64,000 nucleotides of DNA from an uncultured Gemmatimonadales bacterium (lineage in GTDB: Bacteria; Gemmatimonadota; Gemmatimonadetes; Gemmatimonadales; Gemmatimonadaceae): contig CAWBZV010000005.1 in the NCBI GenBank assembly GCA_963793305.1, positions 1,504,001-1,568,000 on the forward strand, written 5' to 3'. Below the pieces are notes generated by a model that ran no database searches, was not told where the DNA came from, and was given only the letters and a program-made list of their open reading frames with translations. The translations under genes and the position numbers were made by a program. This document shows positions 50,925-62,171 of this stretch, piece after piece; the stretch's first letter is position 1, and each line of letters starts with the position of its first letter.

Positions 50925-52406
50925 ATGGCTCTCTCGATCGCCGTCCGCCGCGCTGAACTGACCGATACCCCACTCCTGGTCATCGCCCTGCCGCCTGATT
51001 CGCAGGTCCCAGCGGCGCTGGCCAGCCTCGACACCGCCCTCGCCGGCGCACTCGATCGCACGTTGCGGCGTAAGGATTTCCGCGGCTCTCGCGATGAGAC
51101 ACTTCACCTGGCCGGCGGCGCGACTGGCCCGCAGCGGGTGCTCTTGGTCGGCCTGGGCAAGGGCGACCGCGTGATGGCGCTCAGGCGGGCGGCCACCCTC
51201 GCCGGTCGAAGGGCCCACGGCATGGGCGTCGGCTCGCTCACGTTCTTCGCCGGCGCGCTCGGCGAACGCGAGGTCGAACAGATCGCGATCGGGCTGCAGC
51301 TCGGCGCCTGGGAATACGCGGATCTCAAATCCCAGCCGCCGGAGGACGAACGGAGAGCGCCGCTCTCGAATGTCACGATCTCGCTCAGCGACCCGCAGTT
51401 GGCGATCGCGGACGCCGAGCGCGCCGTCAGCGCCGCCCGCGCGATCGGCACCGGCTACGACATCGCGCGCCGGGCGGCGCAGATGCCCGGGAACCTCTGT
51501 ACGCCCGACTATCTCGTCGAGACCGCCCGCGAGATCGGCAAGCGGCACAACCTCGAGATCGTCGTGCTCGGCCGCAAAGAGATGGAAGAGCTGAACATGG
51601 GCTCGTTCCTCTGCGTGGCGCAGGGAACGCCGCAGGATCCCAAGCTCATCGTGATGCAGTACCGTGGCAGCGTGCAAACCGAGAAACCCATCGCGCTCAT
51701 CGGCAAAGGCCTCTGCTTCGACTCGGGCGGCATCTCGATCAAGCCGGCGCAGGGCATGGAGTTCATGAAGTTCGACATGTGCGGCGCCGCCGGCGTGCTC
51801 GGCGCGATGGAAGCGATCGCCGCGCTCAAGCTCAAGCTCAATGTCGTCGGGCTCATTGGCGCGACGACCAACATGCCGTCGGGCGTCGCGGTCAAACCCG
51901 GCGACGTCGTCAAGGCGTCCTCGGGCAAGTCGATCGAGGTGATCAATACGGACGCCGAGGGCCGTCTCGTGCTCGCCGACGTCCTCACGTATGCCAAGCG
52001 GTTCGAGCCGGCGGCCATGGTGGACGCGGCCACCCTGACCGGCGCAGTCGTGATCGCCCTGGGCCACGCCGCCACCGGTGTGTTCGGCACCGACCACGAC
52101 CTCGTCAACGAGCTCCTGGCCGCCGGCGAGCGCTCGGCCGAACGCGGGTGGGCGATGCCACTGTGGGATGAGTACCAGGAGCAGATAAAATCCGACGTGG
52201 CCGACCTGAAGAACACCGGCGGACGACCCGCCGGGGCCATCACCGCGGCCAAGTTCCTGGAGGCGTTCGCCGAAGGCGTCCCGTGGGTACACCTCGATAT
52301 TGCCGGCACGGCCTACTCCGAGAGCGACCTGACGGTGATCCCCAAGGGACCCACCGGTGTACCAGTCGGCATGTTTGTCGAATTCGCCCGCGCGAGGGCG
52401 CGCTGA
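50925..52406 (+). CDS. pepA: leucyl aminopeptidase (M17)
   Basis: GKGLCFDSGG, MKFDMCG, NTDAEGRL, ATLTGA, WVHLDIAG. Confidence 0.96.
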   Translation: MALSIAVRRAELTDTPLLVIALPPDSQVPAALASLDTALAGALDRTLRRKDFRGSRDETLHLAGGATGPQRVLLVGLGKGDRVMALRRAATLAGRRAHGMGVGSLTFFAGALGEREVEQIAIGLQLGAWEYADLKSQPPEDERRAPLSNVTISLSDPQLAIADAERAVSAARAIGTGYDIARRAAQMPGNLCTPDYLVETAREIGKRHNLEIVVLGRKEMEELNMGSFLCVAQGTPQDPKLIVMQYRGSVQTEKPIALIGKGLCFDSGGISIKPAQGMEFMKFDMCGAAGVLGAMEAIAALKLKLNVVGLIGATTNMPSGVAVKPGDVVKASSGKSIEVINTDAEGRLVLADVLTYAKRFEPAAMVDAATLTGAVVIALGHAATGVFGTDHDLVNELLAAGERSAERGWAMPLWDEYQEQIKSDVADLKNTGGRPAGAITAAKFLEAFAEGVPWVHLDIAGTAYSESDLTVIPKGPTGVPVGMFVEFARARAR

Positions 52407-54334
52407 AGTCATTGCTGCTCGGCCTCGGGCTGCTCGCCGGGGCCGTTTGTAAAGCGCAGGAGCCCCCGCAATCGGTGCCCCCGCCGTCATCGATCCCCCC
52501 GCAGCAGGACACGGTGGAGGATACGACCGGCGTGCGGACTGCCGCGCACATGGATTCGATCAAGGCGATGTACCACCCGGACACGACGCGGTCTCGCGCC
52601 CCACTCGCGCACGCGCCGGTGCCGACACTGCTCGAACCGGGCCAGAGCTATCGGTGGGACCGCGATGCGCTCGATGCGTCCGGCGCGATGACGCTGCCCG
52701 ACCTGCTGGACAAGATTCCCGGTTTCACGGGATTCCGAGCGGGCTGGCTCTCGACCCCGATGAACGGAGCCTACCTCGGCGACATTGCGCGAGTGAGAGT
52801 GTTCGTCGATGGGATAGAGATGGACCCGCTGGACTCGCGGCTCCATGGCTTGGTCGATCTCGCGACGATCCAACTGTGGGAATTCGAGGAGGTCGCCGTC
52901 GAGCGCGGCGCGTCGGAGCTCCGCGTGTACTGCCGAACCTGGCGCGCCAACCGCGTCACGCCCACGACGCGCGCCGACGTCTTCACGGGAAACCAACAGA
53001 CGAACCTCTACAAGGCGTACTACGGCCAGCGATTCGGCCCAGGGTTCGCCACGCAGGTCGGCGCCTACCAGTTCAACAACACGGGCTCATTCGGCGGCGG
53101 CGGGAATCAATCGTCGATCATGCTCCGCTTGGGCTACGCCAACGGCCCATTCTCGATCGACGCCTTCGGCAACCGCTACACGCGCGGCCGCGATCAGCTC
53201 CAATCCGGCGACCCAACGCTGCCGATCACGATCCTCCCGGACCTCGAATCGCAGCGCACTGACGCGTACTTCCGGGTCGGCTACGGCGACCCCGATCGCG
53301 GACGCCCGTGGCTCCAGGTGATCGCGGCCAGCATGTCGTTCAAGAATACGAGTCCGACCGCGTCAGCCGTCACGCCGATCATCACGGACACGACCACCGT
53401 GTTTCCGACGACGACCGGCACGTCGGTCGACAGCGTGAACTCGGAGTCGCAGTATATCGCCTCTGGCGGGTTCGTCTTCGCGGGGATTCGGTTCGAGGGG
53501 ACCGACCGCCTTCGCGTCTTCTCGACCCACGCCAACTATAACTCGGCCGAGCTCCGCGCCAGCTTCGACAACCCGATCTTGAGCGCGTCCGGCCTCGTCC
53601 AGCGCGACGCGTACAGCGAGGGCCGGCCCGACTCGGTCTTCACGAACCAGCTCTATCCGACGCTCTACAACTCCTACGAGCTCACGGCGCGTTTCTCGCC
53701 GCTCCCGTTCTTGCGGCTCGTCGGCACCGCGAGCCGCGTGACGCCGCAAAATCTCCCAGCCGCGCTCTCGCCAACGACGACGACGGCGCGGGCCGAGGCC
53801 GGGCTCAAGATCGGGGATGTCTGGGTCTCGGGCGGCATCATGACGCAGGACACCGCGATCGTCCCGGCGCCGGTCGTCTACGACACCACCATGAAGACCG
53901 CGACGTACGGCCGGACGACGGCCTACATTGGCTCGATCCGCGGGCGGCTCTGGAAGCAGTTCTACATCGATGCCAGCGGCATCGACTGGGACAAGACCGA
54001 ACCGTATAGGCCGCGCTACGAAGGGCACGCCGAGCTGTATTTCGCGACCGAGTGGCTGCACCGGTTCCCACGACACACGTTCGCGATCAAGTTTGGCACC
54101 TCGTTCGACTATCGGAGCTCGACGGTGTTTCCCGCGACCTCGGCGCCGAATCAGGCATTCTATACCGTCGCGGACAGCAGGGTGTACTCGATCCTGGCCG
54201 AGATCAGGATCTTGCAGGGCACTTTGAGCTGGCAGCTACGAAACGCGAACGGCTATCCTTATTACCTTGTTCCCGGTTACCAGATGCCACGACAAGTCAA
54301 CATCTATGGGCTCCGCTGGTCCTTCTGGAATTAG
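52403..54334 (+). CDS. outer-membrane protein with TonB-dependent-receptor-like plug domain
   Basis: Signal peptide; LPDLLDKIPG, VFVDGIE, VERG; C-terminal YGLRWSFWN; start uncertain (CTG 52403 or TTG 52412). Confidence 0.8.
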   Translation: MKSLLLGLGLLAGAVCKAQEPPQSVPPPSSIPPQQDTVEDTTGVRTAAHMDSIKAMYHPDTTRSRAPLAHAPVPTLLEPGQSYRWDRDALDASGAMTLPDLLDKIPGFTGFRAGWLSTPMNGAYLGDIARVRVFVDGIEMDPLDSRLHGLVDLATIQLWEFEEVAVERGASELRVYCRTWRANRVTPTTRADVFTGNQQTNLYKAYYGQRFGPGFATQVGAYQFNNTGSFGGGGNQSSIMLRLGYANGPFSIDAFGNRYTRGRDQLQSGDPTLPITILPDLESQRTDAYFRVGYGDPDRGRPWLQVIAASMSFKNTSPTASAVTPIITDTTTVFPTTTGTSVDSVNSESQYIASGGFVFAGIRFEGTDRLRVFSTHANYNSAELRASFDNPILSASGLVQRDAYSEGRPDSVFTNQLYPTLYNSYELTARFSPLPFLRLVGTASRVTPQNLPAALSPTTTTARAEAGLKIGDVWVSGGIMTQDTAIVPAPVVYDTTMKTATYGRTTAYIGSIRGRLWKQFYIDASGIDWDKTEPYRPRYEGHAELYFATEWLHRFPRHTFAIKFGTSFDYRSSTVFPATSAPNQAFYTVADSRVYSILAEIRILQGTLSWQLRNANGYPYYLVPGYQMPRQVNIYGLRWSFWN

Positions 54335-54338
54335 GAGC

Positions 54339-55205
54339 ATGACCGGGTTTGGCGCGGCGGACGGCACGGTCGGAAAAGTCCGCGTGAGCGTCGAGGTGCG
54401 AACCGTCAATCACCGGTTCTTCAACCCGTCGATCAAGCTTCCTCCCGCGTTCTCACTGTGGGAGGGGGATGTGCGCGAGGCCCTTCGCGTCGCGATCGCG
54501 CGTGGGCATGCGTCGCTCACCGTGCGCACTCACCGCGACGTCTCCGACTCCACGGCCGGTGTCGACGAGACCCGGTTCGCCGCGTATGCCGCCCACCTCA
54601 AGGCTCTGCGCGATCGATATGGCTTGGGCGGTGAGGTCGATGTGGCCACGATCCTCCGCATGCCCGATGTCCTGGTCTCCGCGGGCTCCGATCTCGACGA
54701 ACCCGGCGGTTTCCCGGACGAACTATTGGCAGTCCTGGGCCGTGCGCTCGCTGCCCTCACGAGTATGCGTAGCGCCGAAGGCGCACGTATAGAAGAATTT
54801 CTGAGAACGAGGATTACGACGATCGAGGCGGCCGTGGGGCGGTTGGAGCAGAGAGCGCCCGAGAGGGTGGTTGAGCAGCGGGACCGGCTCAAGGCCGCGA
54901 TTCAGGAATTGACCGACGGGATAGCGCTGGATCCGCAGCGGGTGGCGCAGGAGATTGCCGTCCTGGCCGACCGCCTCGATGTCAGCGAGGAACTCGACCG
55001 CTTTCGAGCGCATATTGCTGCCTTTCGCGACGCACTCGACGGAGGCAGCGAAGTGGGGAAGCGCCTCGGATTCCTGGCCCAGGAGCTCCTGCGGGAGGCC
55101 AACACCACCGGGAGCAAGGCCAATGACGCGGCCATGATGCACGACGTCGTACAGATCAAAGAGGAGCTCGAGAAGATCCGGGAACAGGTGGATAACTTAG
55201 AATGA
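54339..55205 (+). CDS. yicC: YicC/YloC-family endoribonuclease
   Basis: SMTGFG, VNHRF, EELDRFRAH, GKRLGFLAQELLREANT, EKIREQVDNLE. Confidence 0.95.
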   Translation: MTGFGAADGTVGKVRVSVEVRTVNHRFFNPSIKLPPAFSLWEGDVREALRVAIARGHASLTVRTHRDVSDSTAGVDETRFAAYAAHLKALRDRYGLGGEVDVATILRMPDVLVSAGSDLDEPGGFPDELLAVLGRALAALTSMRSAEGARIEEFLRTRITTIEAAVGRLEQRAPERVVEQRDRLKAAIQELTDGIALDPQRVAQEIAVLADRLDVSEELDRFRAHIAAFRDALDGGSEVGKRLGFLAQELLREANTTGSKANDAAMMHDVVQIKEELEKIREQVDNLE

Positions 55206-55212
55206 CGCCGAC

Positions 55213-55857
55213 GTGAACCCGTTCCCGATCATCCTGTCGTCACCCTCCGGTGGAGGGAAAACGACGATCCGTAAGGAGCTCATAGCCTTACGCCCGGACG
55301 TCGGATACTCCGTCTCAGCCACCACCCGGCGGCCGAGGGCAGCGGAGGTCGACGGGCGCGATTACTATTTCTTGACCGTCGGCGAGTTCATAGCCAGCCA
55401 GGATCGCGGCGAATTCGCCGAGTCGGCGGAGGTGCACGGCAAGCTCTACGGGACGCTCCGGCGCGAGGTTGATCGCGTGCTGCAAGGCGGGCGTCACGTG
55501 ATCATGGACATCGACGTCCAAGGCGCGGCGCAGTTCGTCCAGTCGTACCCGGCGTCGGTGTTGATCTTTTTGTTGCCGCCGTCGGCGGACGTATTGTTGA
55601 CGCGGCTCGTGGCGCGAAAGACGGAAGACCGGTCGGATCTCGTCGTCCGGTTGAACGATGCGCGGCGGGAGTTGATGGCGGTGGGGCAGTACCAGTACGT
55701 CGTCGTGAACGGCGACCTCGCGCGGGCGGTCCGTGATGTCTCGGCGATCATCGACGCCGAGTCGGCCCGGCCGTCGCGGCTGGCGACGCTCGATGAGCAC
55801 GTGCACGGCTTGATCAATGGACTGGAAAACGAAATCACACGCTTAGGCGGAGTCTAG
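55213..55857 (+). CDS. gmk: guanylate kinase
   Basis: SPSGGGKTT, SATTRRPR, DYYF, DIDVQGA. Confidence 0.96.
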   Translation: MNPFPIILSSPSGGGKTTIRKELIALRPDVGYSVSATTRRPRAAEVDGRDYYFLTVGEFIASQDRGEFAESAEVHGKLYGTLRREVDRVLQGGRHVIMDIDVQGAAQFVQSYPASVLIFLLPPSADVLLTRLVARKTEDRSDLVVRLNDARRELMAVGQYQYVVVNGDLARAVRDVSAIIDAESARPSRLATLDEHVHGLINGLENEITRLGGV

Positions 55858-55859
55858 AT

Positions 55860-56069
55860 ATGCGGGTATTCACACCAGGGGAAGTGGCGCAGCACGCGAC
55901 GAACAAGTACCTCGGCGTCCTCGTGGCGGCGAAGTACGCGCGCGGGCTCAACGAGTTTCCGCGCGATCGGTCATTGATGCGCGAGAAGAAGCTGACGACG
56001 CGCGCACTCGAAGAGCTGGCGACCGGCACGATCGAGTATCGCGTCGTGCCACGGCGCCGCCCCGACTAA
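55860..56069 (+). CDS. rpoZ: RNA polymerase omega subunit
   Basis: NKYLGVLVAAKYAR..K.TTRALEEL; between gmk and coaBC. Confidence 0.9.
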   Translation: MRVFTPGEVAQHATNKYLGVLVAAKYARGLNEFPRDRSLMREKKLTTRALEELATGTIEYRVVPRRRPD

Positions 56070-56095
56070 CGGTTGCCGTCGGGGGCGGCCCCGCC

Positions 56096-57304
56096 GTGCG
56101 GCCATTTGCGCAACGCCGGGTATTACTCGGCGTCACGGGGGGCATCGCGTGCTACAAGTCCGTCGCCCTCGCGCGTGCGCTGACACAGGCCGGCGCCGAA
56201 GTCGACGTGGTCCAAACGCGATCGGCGCAGGACTTCGTCGGCCCGGTCACGTTCGAGGCGGTCACCGGTCGACCCGTCTCGACCCATTTGATCGCCGCCG
56301 GTCACGCGCTCGACCACATCAAGTTGGCCCGCTCCGCCCACGCGATCGTCGTCGCGCCGGCCACGGCCGATTTTCTGGCGCGCTCGGGCCAAGGCCGTGC
56401 CGATGACTTGCTGACGGCGATCCTGCTAGCCGCCGATGCGCCGGTGCTGCTCGTGCCGGCGATGAATGATCGCATGTGGTCGCATCCGCAGACGACGCTC
56501 AACGTCGCGCATCTGCGCTCACTGGGTTATCGGGTACTCGACCCCGACGTTGGGCCGCTGGCTGTTGGCGAGGGCTCCGGGCCCGGTCGCATGCCGGAGC
56601 CTGAGACGATCTTCGCCCACATCGGCCGCCTCCTCGATGCGGACGGGGTGTTGCGCGGTCGGCGCATCGTTGTCACCGCAGGCGCTACGCGCGAGCCCAT
56701 CGACCCGGTCCGATTTATCTCGAATCGCAGCAGCGGAAAAATGGGGGTCGCTCTTGCCGCCGCGGCGTGGCGCCGAGGCGCCGACGTCACGCTGATCGCT
56801 GGTCCTCTCTCGGTCGAGCCACCCGTCGGCGTGACGGTGATAAACATCGAGACGGCGAGCGAGATGCGCGATGCGGTCGCGGCGCATCTGCGCGATGCCG
56901 ATGTGCTGATCATGGCCGCGGCTCCCGCTGATTTTCGGCCGGTGACGGTCGCCGAGCAGAAAATCAAGAAATCATCCGCGCCCGCTTCGATCGCGCTCGA
57001 GCCAACCGACGATATCCTGGTCAGCACGCAAGCGCTCAGACATCCAGCGGCGATCGTCGTTGGTTTTGCGCTCGAGACCGAGGCGGCGATCGCGGGCGGG
57101 CGGGAGAAACTGCGGCGCAAGTCGTTGGATCTCGTCGTCGTCAACGACGCCACGGAGCCCGGCGCCGGGTTCGGCGTCGACACGAACCGCGTCACGTTGG
57201 TATTCGGCAATGGCACGCCCGACGAGGCGCTCCCGCTGCTGGCGAAATCCGAAGTGGCCGACGCCATTCTCGATCGAATCGAAGGGTTGCTGCGTGCCCG
57301 ATAA
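56096..57304 (+). CDS. coaBC: phosphopantothenoylcysteine decarboxylase/ligase
   Basis: [45 protein letters not shown]. Confidence 0.96.
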   Translation: MRPFAQRRVLLGVTGGIACYKSVALARALTQAGAEVDVVQTRSAQDFVGPVTFEAVTGRPVSTHLIAAGHALDHIKLARSAHAIVVAPATADFLARSGQGRADDLLTAILLAADAPVLLVPAMNDRMWSHPQTTLNVAHLRSLGYRVLDPDVGPLAVGEGSGPGRMPEPETIFAHIGRLLDADGVLRGRRIVVTAGATREPIDPVRFISNRSSGKMGVALAAAAWRRGADVTLIAGPLSVEPPVGVTVINIETASEMRDAVAAHLRDADVLIMAAAPADFRPVTVAEQKIKKSSAPASIALEPTDDILVSTQALRHPAAIVVGFALETEAAIAGGREKLRRKSLDLVVVNDATEPGAGFGVDTNRVTLVFGNGTPDEALPLLAKSEVADAILDRIEGLLRAR

Positions 57305-58130
57305 CACATCGGATCTCCTGCGCCGGTATCTCGAGCAGCGCCGCGAGGCTGGCGAGCGCGAGCTCGTCCTCGACGACCTGAAGGTCGAGGACGTGATGCG
57401 CATCGTCGGAGCCAAAAATTGGCTGAATGCCGCGCCCGCACCCCCGCCCGCACCCCCGGAGGCCGTCGTCGAACCGCCGCCACCAGTGATCGCCGATGCG
57501 GGCAGCTTGGCCCCGATCGTCGTAGGGAAGGCCGGCGCCGACCTTTTTGGCGGGCCGTTCGCGAGTCTCGATAGCTTAGAGGCCGTCGCCGCGCACGCGA
57601 CAGCGTGCAAGCGGTGTGCGTTGTGGTCGACCGCGACGAAGTGTGTCCCAGGCGAGGGGAGCCCGAACGCGCAGCTCGTGTGCGTCGGCGAGGCCCCAGG
57701 CGAGCAAGAAGATCTGTCGGGCCGGCCGTTTGTGGGCAAGGCCGGGCAGTTGCTGACCAAGATTCTGGCGGCGATTGATCTCAAACGCGAAGATGTCTTC
57801 ATCTGCAACGTTTTGAAACACCGGCCGCCACTGAACCGGAATCCCTTGCCGGACGAGGTCACGGCCTGCAGCCCATATCTCGTGCGCCAGATCGAGCTGA
57901 TCCGCCCGCGCGTGATTCTGGCGTTTGGGACGTTCGCCGCGCAAACGCTCCTGGAAACGAAGTTGTCCATCGGCAAACTGCGTGGTACTCTGCACCAGTA
58001 CTACGGAGTGCCGCTGATCGTCACGTACCACCCCGCCGCGCTCCTGCGCAATCCTGCCTGGAAGCGCCCCACCTGGGACGACGTCCAACATGCCCGCCGG
58101 ATCCTCGATCGCACCGGTGACGGAGCGTGA
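57294..58130 (+). CDS. family-4 uracil-DNA glycosylase
   Basis: CKRC, VGEAPG, PFVG, HRPPLNR, YHPAALLR. Confidence 0.93.
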   Translation: MPDNTSDLLRRYLEQRREAGERELVLDDLKVEDVMRIVGAKNWLNAAPAPPPAPPEAVVEPPPPVIADAGSLAPIVVGKAGADLFGGPFASLDSLEAVAAHATACKRCALWSTATKCVPGEGSPNAQLVCVGEAPGEQEDLSGRPFVGKAGQLLTKILAAIDLKREDVFICNVLKHRPPLNRNPLPDEVTACSPYLVRQIELIRPRVILAFGTFAAQTLLETKLSIGKLRGTLHQYYGVPLIVTYHPAALLRNPAWKRPTWDDVQHARRILDRTGDGA

Positions 58131-59479
58131 CCCGGTCGCCGACCGGCACCCCCCGTACTCCCTGGATGCGGAACGAGCGGTGCTGGCGGCGATGATGATG
58201 GAATCGGACGCGATCATGCGCGCGTCCGAGCTGTTGGATGACACCATGTTCTATCAGGAAAGCCACCGTCGCCTGTACCGCGCGATGGTCGCGATCGTCG
58301 AGCGCGGCGCCGTGGTCGATCCGTTCACGCTCGGCGACGAGCTCGAACGCCGCGATGAGCTCAAGGCCAGCGGCGGCAAAGAGTACATCGCGGAGCTGAT
58401 CGACTACATCCCGACGGCGGCGAACATCGAGTATCACGCGCGCATCGTCAAGGAAAAGGCGATGCTGCGCCGCCTGATCGAGGTGTCGGAGACGATCGCC
58501 CGGGAGGCCTACAACGGCCACGTGGGCGCCGCCGATCTCCTCGATGAGGCGGAGCACCGCGTGCTCCAGCTCAGCCAGAGCCGTGGCACGACCGGTTTCT
58601 TTCGCATTAAGGAGCTCGTCTGGCCCGCCATCGAGCGCATCGAGGAGCAACAAAAGCTCGGCGGAGCCCTCACGGGGATCTCGTCCGGATTCGCGGACCT
58701 GGACTCTTTGACGGCCGGCTTCCAACGCTCCGACCTGATTATTCTCGCGGCGAGACCGGCGATGGGAAAGTCGTCGCTCGTGCTCAACATCACGCAACAC
58801 ATCGGCATCGAGAAGAACATGGCCGTCGCGTTCTTCTCGTTGGAGATGAGCAAAGACTCGATCGTGCAGCGGTTATTGACCAGCGAGGCGCGGATCGACG
58901 CCCAGCTCGTGCGCAAGTCGATGCTCAACAACGAGCACTATGCCCGACTGGCCCGCGCGGCGGGCGTCCTGAGCCCCGCGCCGATCTTCATCGATGACTC
59001 CGCCGGGATCATCGCTCCTGGAGATGCGCTCGCGCGCGCGGCGCCTCAAGGTCGACAACGACATCAAGCTGATCGTCGTCGACTACCTGCAGCTGATCCG
59101 CGGCCCGTCCGCCGAAAACCGCCAGCAGGAGATCAGCGAGATCTCGCGGTCGCTCAAGGGGCTCGCCAAGGAGCTCGACGTGCCGGTCATTGCGCTCTCC
59201 CAGCTCTCCCGCGCGCCCGAGCAGCGCGGGGCGGAGGGGAAGCGCCCGCAGCTTTCCGACCTCCGCGAGTCCGGCGCGATCGAGCAGGACGCCGACCTGG
59301 TGTTGTTCATCTATCGCCCCGAGGTCTACGGCGTACTCAAGGACGAGGCCGGGAACTCACTGGAGGGGACGGCCGAGCTGATCATCGGCAAGCAACGCAA
59401 TGGGCCGATCGGTACGGTGAATTTGTACTTCCGCAAGAGTTTCACCACGTTCGAAAGCAAGACCGCTCGTGAGCAGTAA
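58090..59479 (+). CDS. dnaB: replicative DNA helicase (+1 frameshift near 59011)
   Basis: [20 protein letters not shown], then [31 protein letters not shown] in the next frame. Confidence 0.96.
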
Positions 59480-60824
59480 GATCAAGACTGTCTATCGCTG
59501 CAGCGAGTGCGGCGCCGAGAGCGCCAAGTGGGGCGGCCGATGCGATGCCTGCGGCGAGTGGAATACGCTGGCCGAGGAACCCGTCGGTACGAAACCCGTT
59601 CGCCGACAGAGTGGCATGGCCCGCGTGGCCCGCCCACTCCATGAGGTCACCGCAGCTCAGACTGAGCGATGGACCACGGGGCTCGACGAATTCGATTTCG
59701 TGCTCGGCGGCGGCATTGTTCCGGGCTCCATGGTTTTGGTCGGTGGCGAGCCGGGCATAGGAAAATCGACGCTGCTGCTCCAAGTCGCTGCCCGACTCAC
59801 CGAGCGCGGCCGATCGGTTCTCTATATGTCTGGCGAGGAGTCTCCACCCCAAGTCAAATTGCGCGCCGATCGCTTGGGCGGAGCCGCGCATGATGTCCGC
59901 ATGGTCGCCGAGACGAGCTTGGAGAATGTGCTGGCCACCGCGCGCGAAGATCCGGGTGGAGTGCTCATTATCGATTCGATCCAGACGCTGTATTCGTCCG
60001 ATCTCGAGGGCGCACCGGGCAATGTCGGTCAAGTGAGAGAATGCGCCGCGCGTCTCATGCGATTCGCGAAAGAGAGTGGAACGGCGGTTGTCGTGGTGGG
60101 CCACGTGACGAAGGGTGGGGGAATCGCGGGCCCCAAGACGCTCGAACATATCGTCGACACGGTCTTGTATTTCGAGGGCGAGACCACCCTCGACCACCGT
60201 ATCCTGCGCGCCACGAAGAACCGCTTCGGCGGCGTCGATGAGATCGGCGTGTTCCGCATGACCGAAGCGGGACTGTCCGGTGTCGCGAACCCGTCGGAGC
60301 TCTTTCTCGGCGACCGCCAGTCGAGCGCTTCGGGCACCGCGGTCACGGCGCTCATCGAGGGTACGCGCCCGGTACTGATCGAGATCCAGGCGCTTGCCGC
60401 AAAAGCGGGATTCGGCACGCCGCAGCGGGTGTCGACCGGCTTGGATGGCCGCCGCTTGGCGCTGCTCCTCGCGGTCCTCGATAAACGCGCCGGCCTGTCG
60501 TTCGCGATGCTCGACGTATTCGTGAACGTGGTCGGCGGGATGCGCTTGATCGAGCCGGCCGGCGACCTTGCCGTCGCCGCGGCGCTGGCGTCGAGCGTCT
60601 ACGACCGATCCCTTCCGAGCGATGCGATTTTCATTGGCGAGGTCGGACTCGGCGGCGAAGTCCGGCCCGTGTCGCAGATCGAACGCCGGATGGCCGAGGC
60701 GGTGAAGATGGGATGCACGCGCGCCTTCGTCGCCGAGCGCGCGGTCCCGTCTCGTAGCGTTTCGGGGATCACCGCGATCGGCGTCCCGACGATTCACGTC
60801 CTCTTCCAGCGTCTCTTCGCGTGA
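59469..60824 (+). CDS. radA: DNA repair protein RadA/Sms
   Basis: [40 protein letters not shown]. Confidence 0.97.
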   Translation: MSSKIKTVYRCSECGAESAKWGGRCDACGEWNTLAEEPVGTKPVRRQSGMARVARPLHEVTAAQTERWTTGLDEFDFVLGGGIVPGSMVLVGGEPGIGKSTLLLQVAARLTERGRSVLYMSGEESPPQVKLRADRLGGAAHDVRMVAETSLENVLATAREDPGGVLIIDSIQTLYSSDLEGAPGNVGQVRECAARLMRFAKESGTAVVVVGHVTKGGGIAGPKTLEHIVDTVLYFEGETTLDHRILRATKNRFGGVDEIGVFRMTEAGLSGVANPSELFLGDRQSSASGTAVTALIEGTRPVLIEIQALAAKAGFGTPQRVSTGLDGRRLALLLAVLDKRAGLSFAMLDVFVNVVGGMRLIEPAGDLAVAAALASSVYDRSLPSDAIFIGEVGLGGEVRPVSQIERRMAEAVKMGCTRAFVAERAVPSRSVSGITAIGVPTIHVLFQRLFA

Positions 60825-61510
60825 CACGAGATGTCGGGGTGGTGATTGTCGCGGCTGGAACCGGCTCGCGCGTGGGCGGCGCGGAGCTCAAGCAATTCCG
60901 TTGGGTCGCCGGCAAGCCGATGCTGCTGCACAGCGTGCAGCTCTTTCAAGCACGCGACGACGTCGCGATGGTCGTCTGCGTGCTCCCGCGCGCGATCATT
61001 GGCGACCCGCCGCCGTGGCTCTTTCAGTCGGATTCGGATCGCCTGTTGCTCTCAGTCGGCGGCGCCACGCGTCAGGACTCCGTGTCGAACGGCCTCGAAG
61101 ATCTTCCCTCTGGCCTCAGCGTCATCGTCGTACACGACGCGGCTCGACCGCTCGTCCCCGATAGTGTCGTCTCTCGCGTCATCGCCGAGGCGCGAAAGGG
61201 TCAAGCCGCTATCGCTGCACTCCCCGTTGTCGACACCCTCAAGGAAGTCGACGCCGAGGGGCGAATAGTTCGCACCGTGCCGCGCGAGCGGCTCTGGCGC
61301 GCGCAAACTCCCCAAGCATTCCCGCGTGGTGTCCTTGTGCAAGCCCACGCGGCCGCTCGTGCGAGGGGGCTCAAAGCAACCGATGACGCCGCGCTCTGCG
61401 AAGCCCTCGGCATTCCGGTAGTAGTAGTACGCGGTAGTGAACGTGCTATGAAGGTGACAGAAGAATCCGATTTCGCTCGTGCCGACGCGCTGAGCCAACT
61501 CAGTGAGTGA
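60821..61510 (+). CDS. ispD: 2-C-methyl-D-erythritol 4-phosphate cytidylyltransferase
   Basis: AAGTGSR, KQF, GGATRQDSV, VHDAARP, QTPQAF, TDD, KVT. Confidence 0.95.
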   Translation: MTRDVGVVIVAAGTGSRVGGAELKQFRWVAGKPMLLHSVQLFQARDDVAMVVCVLPRAIIGDPPPWLFQSDSDRLLLSVGGATRQDSVSNGLEDLPSGLSVIVVHDAARPLVPDSVVSRVIAEARKGQAAIAALPVVDTLKEVDAEGRIVRTVPRERLWRAQTPQAFPRGVLVQAHAAARARGLKATDDAALCEALGIPVVVVRGSERAMKVTEESDFARADALSQLSE

Positions 61511-62171
61511 GCCTCGTGCCGTGCCATTCTGGTCGCCCGAGGAGATCGAGGCGTCACTCGCGGGAACGATCGCGCACCTCGGCGCGGGCGGGATCATCGC
61601 CTATCCCACGGAGACCGTCTACGGGTTCGGCGGTCTCGCCGATCAAGCGGGCGTCGACGCGCTCGTACGACTCAAGGGCCGCGCGCCGGGCAAACCCTTC
61701 CTGCTGCTGATCAGCGGCAGCGACATGATCAAGCGCCTCGGCTTGCGACTCACCCAGCCCGCCTCCGCGCTCGCGGCCCGACACTGGCCGGGACCGCTCA
61801 CGCTGGTCTTGCCGGGCGGCGAGCACCGGGTGCCCGATCGCCTTCGCGGCCCCGAAGGCGGCGTCGCTGTGCGATGGACGCCGCACCCGGGTCTCACTCG
61901 CCTCATCGCCGCGATCGGCGAGCCGATCACGTCGACGAGCGCGAACCGCCCGGGGGTTCCCCCCGCCTCTTCGGCCGTCGAGATTGTAAGGGAGTGGAGC
62001 GACGCAATGGCGCGTGGCGCGCTCCGGGTGTTGGACGGCGGACACTTGCAGAGCTCTTTAGCCTCGACAGTGGTGGATTGTACGGGACGACATCCGCGGG
62101 TTATCCGTCCGGGCGCGATCGCGGCCGCGACGCTGCGGGAGAGCGTACCCGACTTGATTGGTGACGCATGA
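61503..62171 (+). CDS. tsaC: L-threonylcarbamoyladenylate synthase (Sua5/TsaC)
   Basis: YPTETVYG, KGR, WPGPLT, TSAN, STVVD. Confidence 0.93.
   Translation: MSEPRAVPFWSPEEIEASLAGTIAHLGAGGIIAYPTETVYGFGGLADQAGVDALVRLKGRAPGKPFLLLISGSDMIKRLGLRLTQPASALAARHWPGPLTLVLPGGEHRVPDRLRGPEGGVAVRWTPHPGLTRLIAAIGEPITSTSANRPGVPPASSAVEIVREWSDAMARGALRVLDGGHLQSSLASTVVDCTGRHPRVIRPGAIAAATLRESVPDLIGDA

Noticed and set aside
58090..59479. dnaB pseudogene, intein or programmed frameshift
   Set aside because: One-base removal restores a normal-length protein; no intein insertion or slippery run seen
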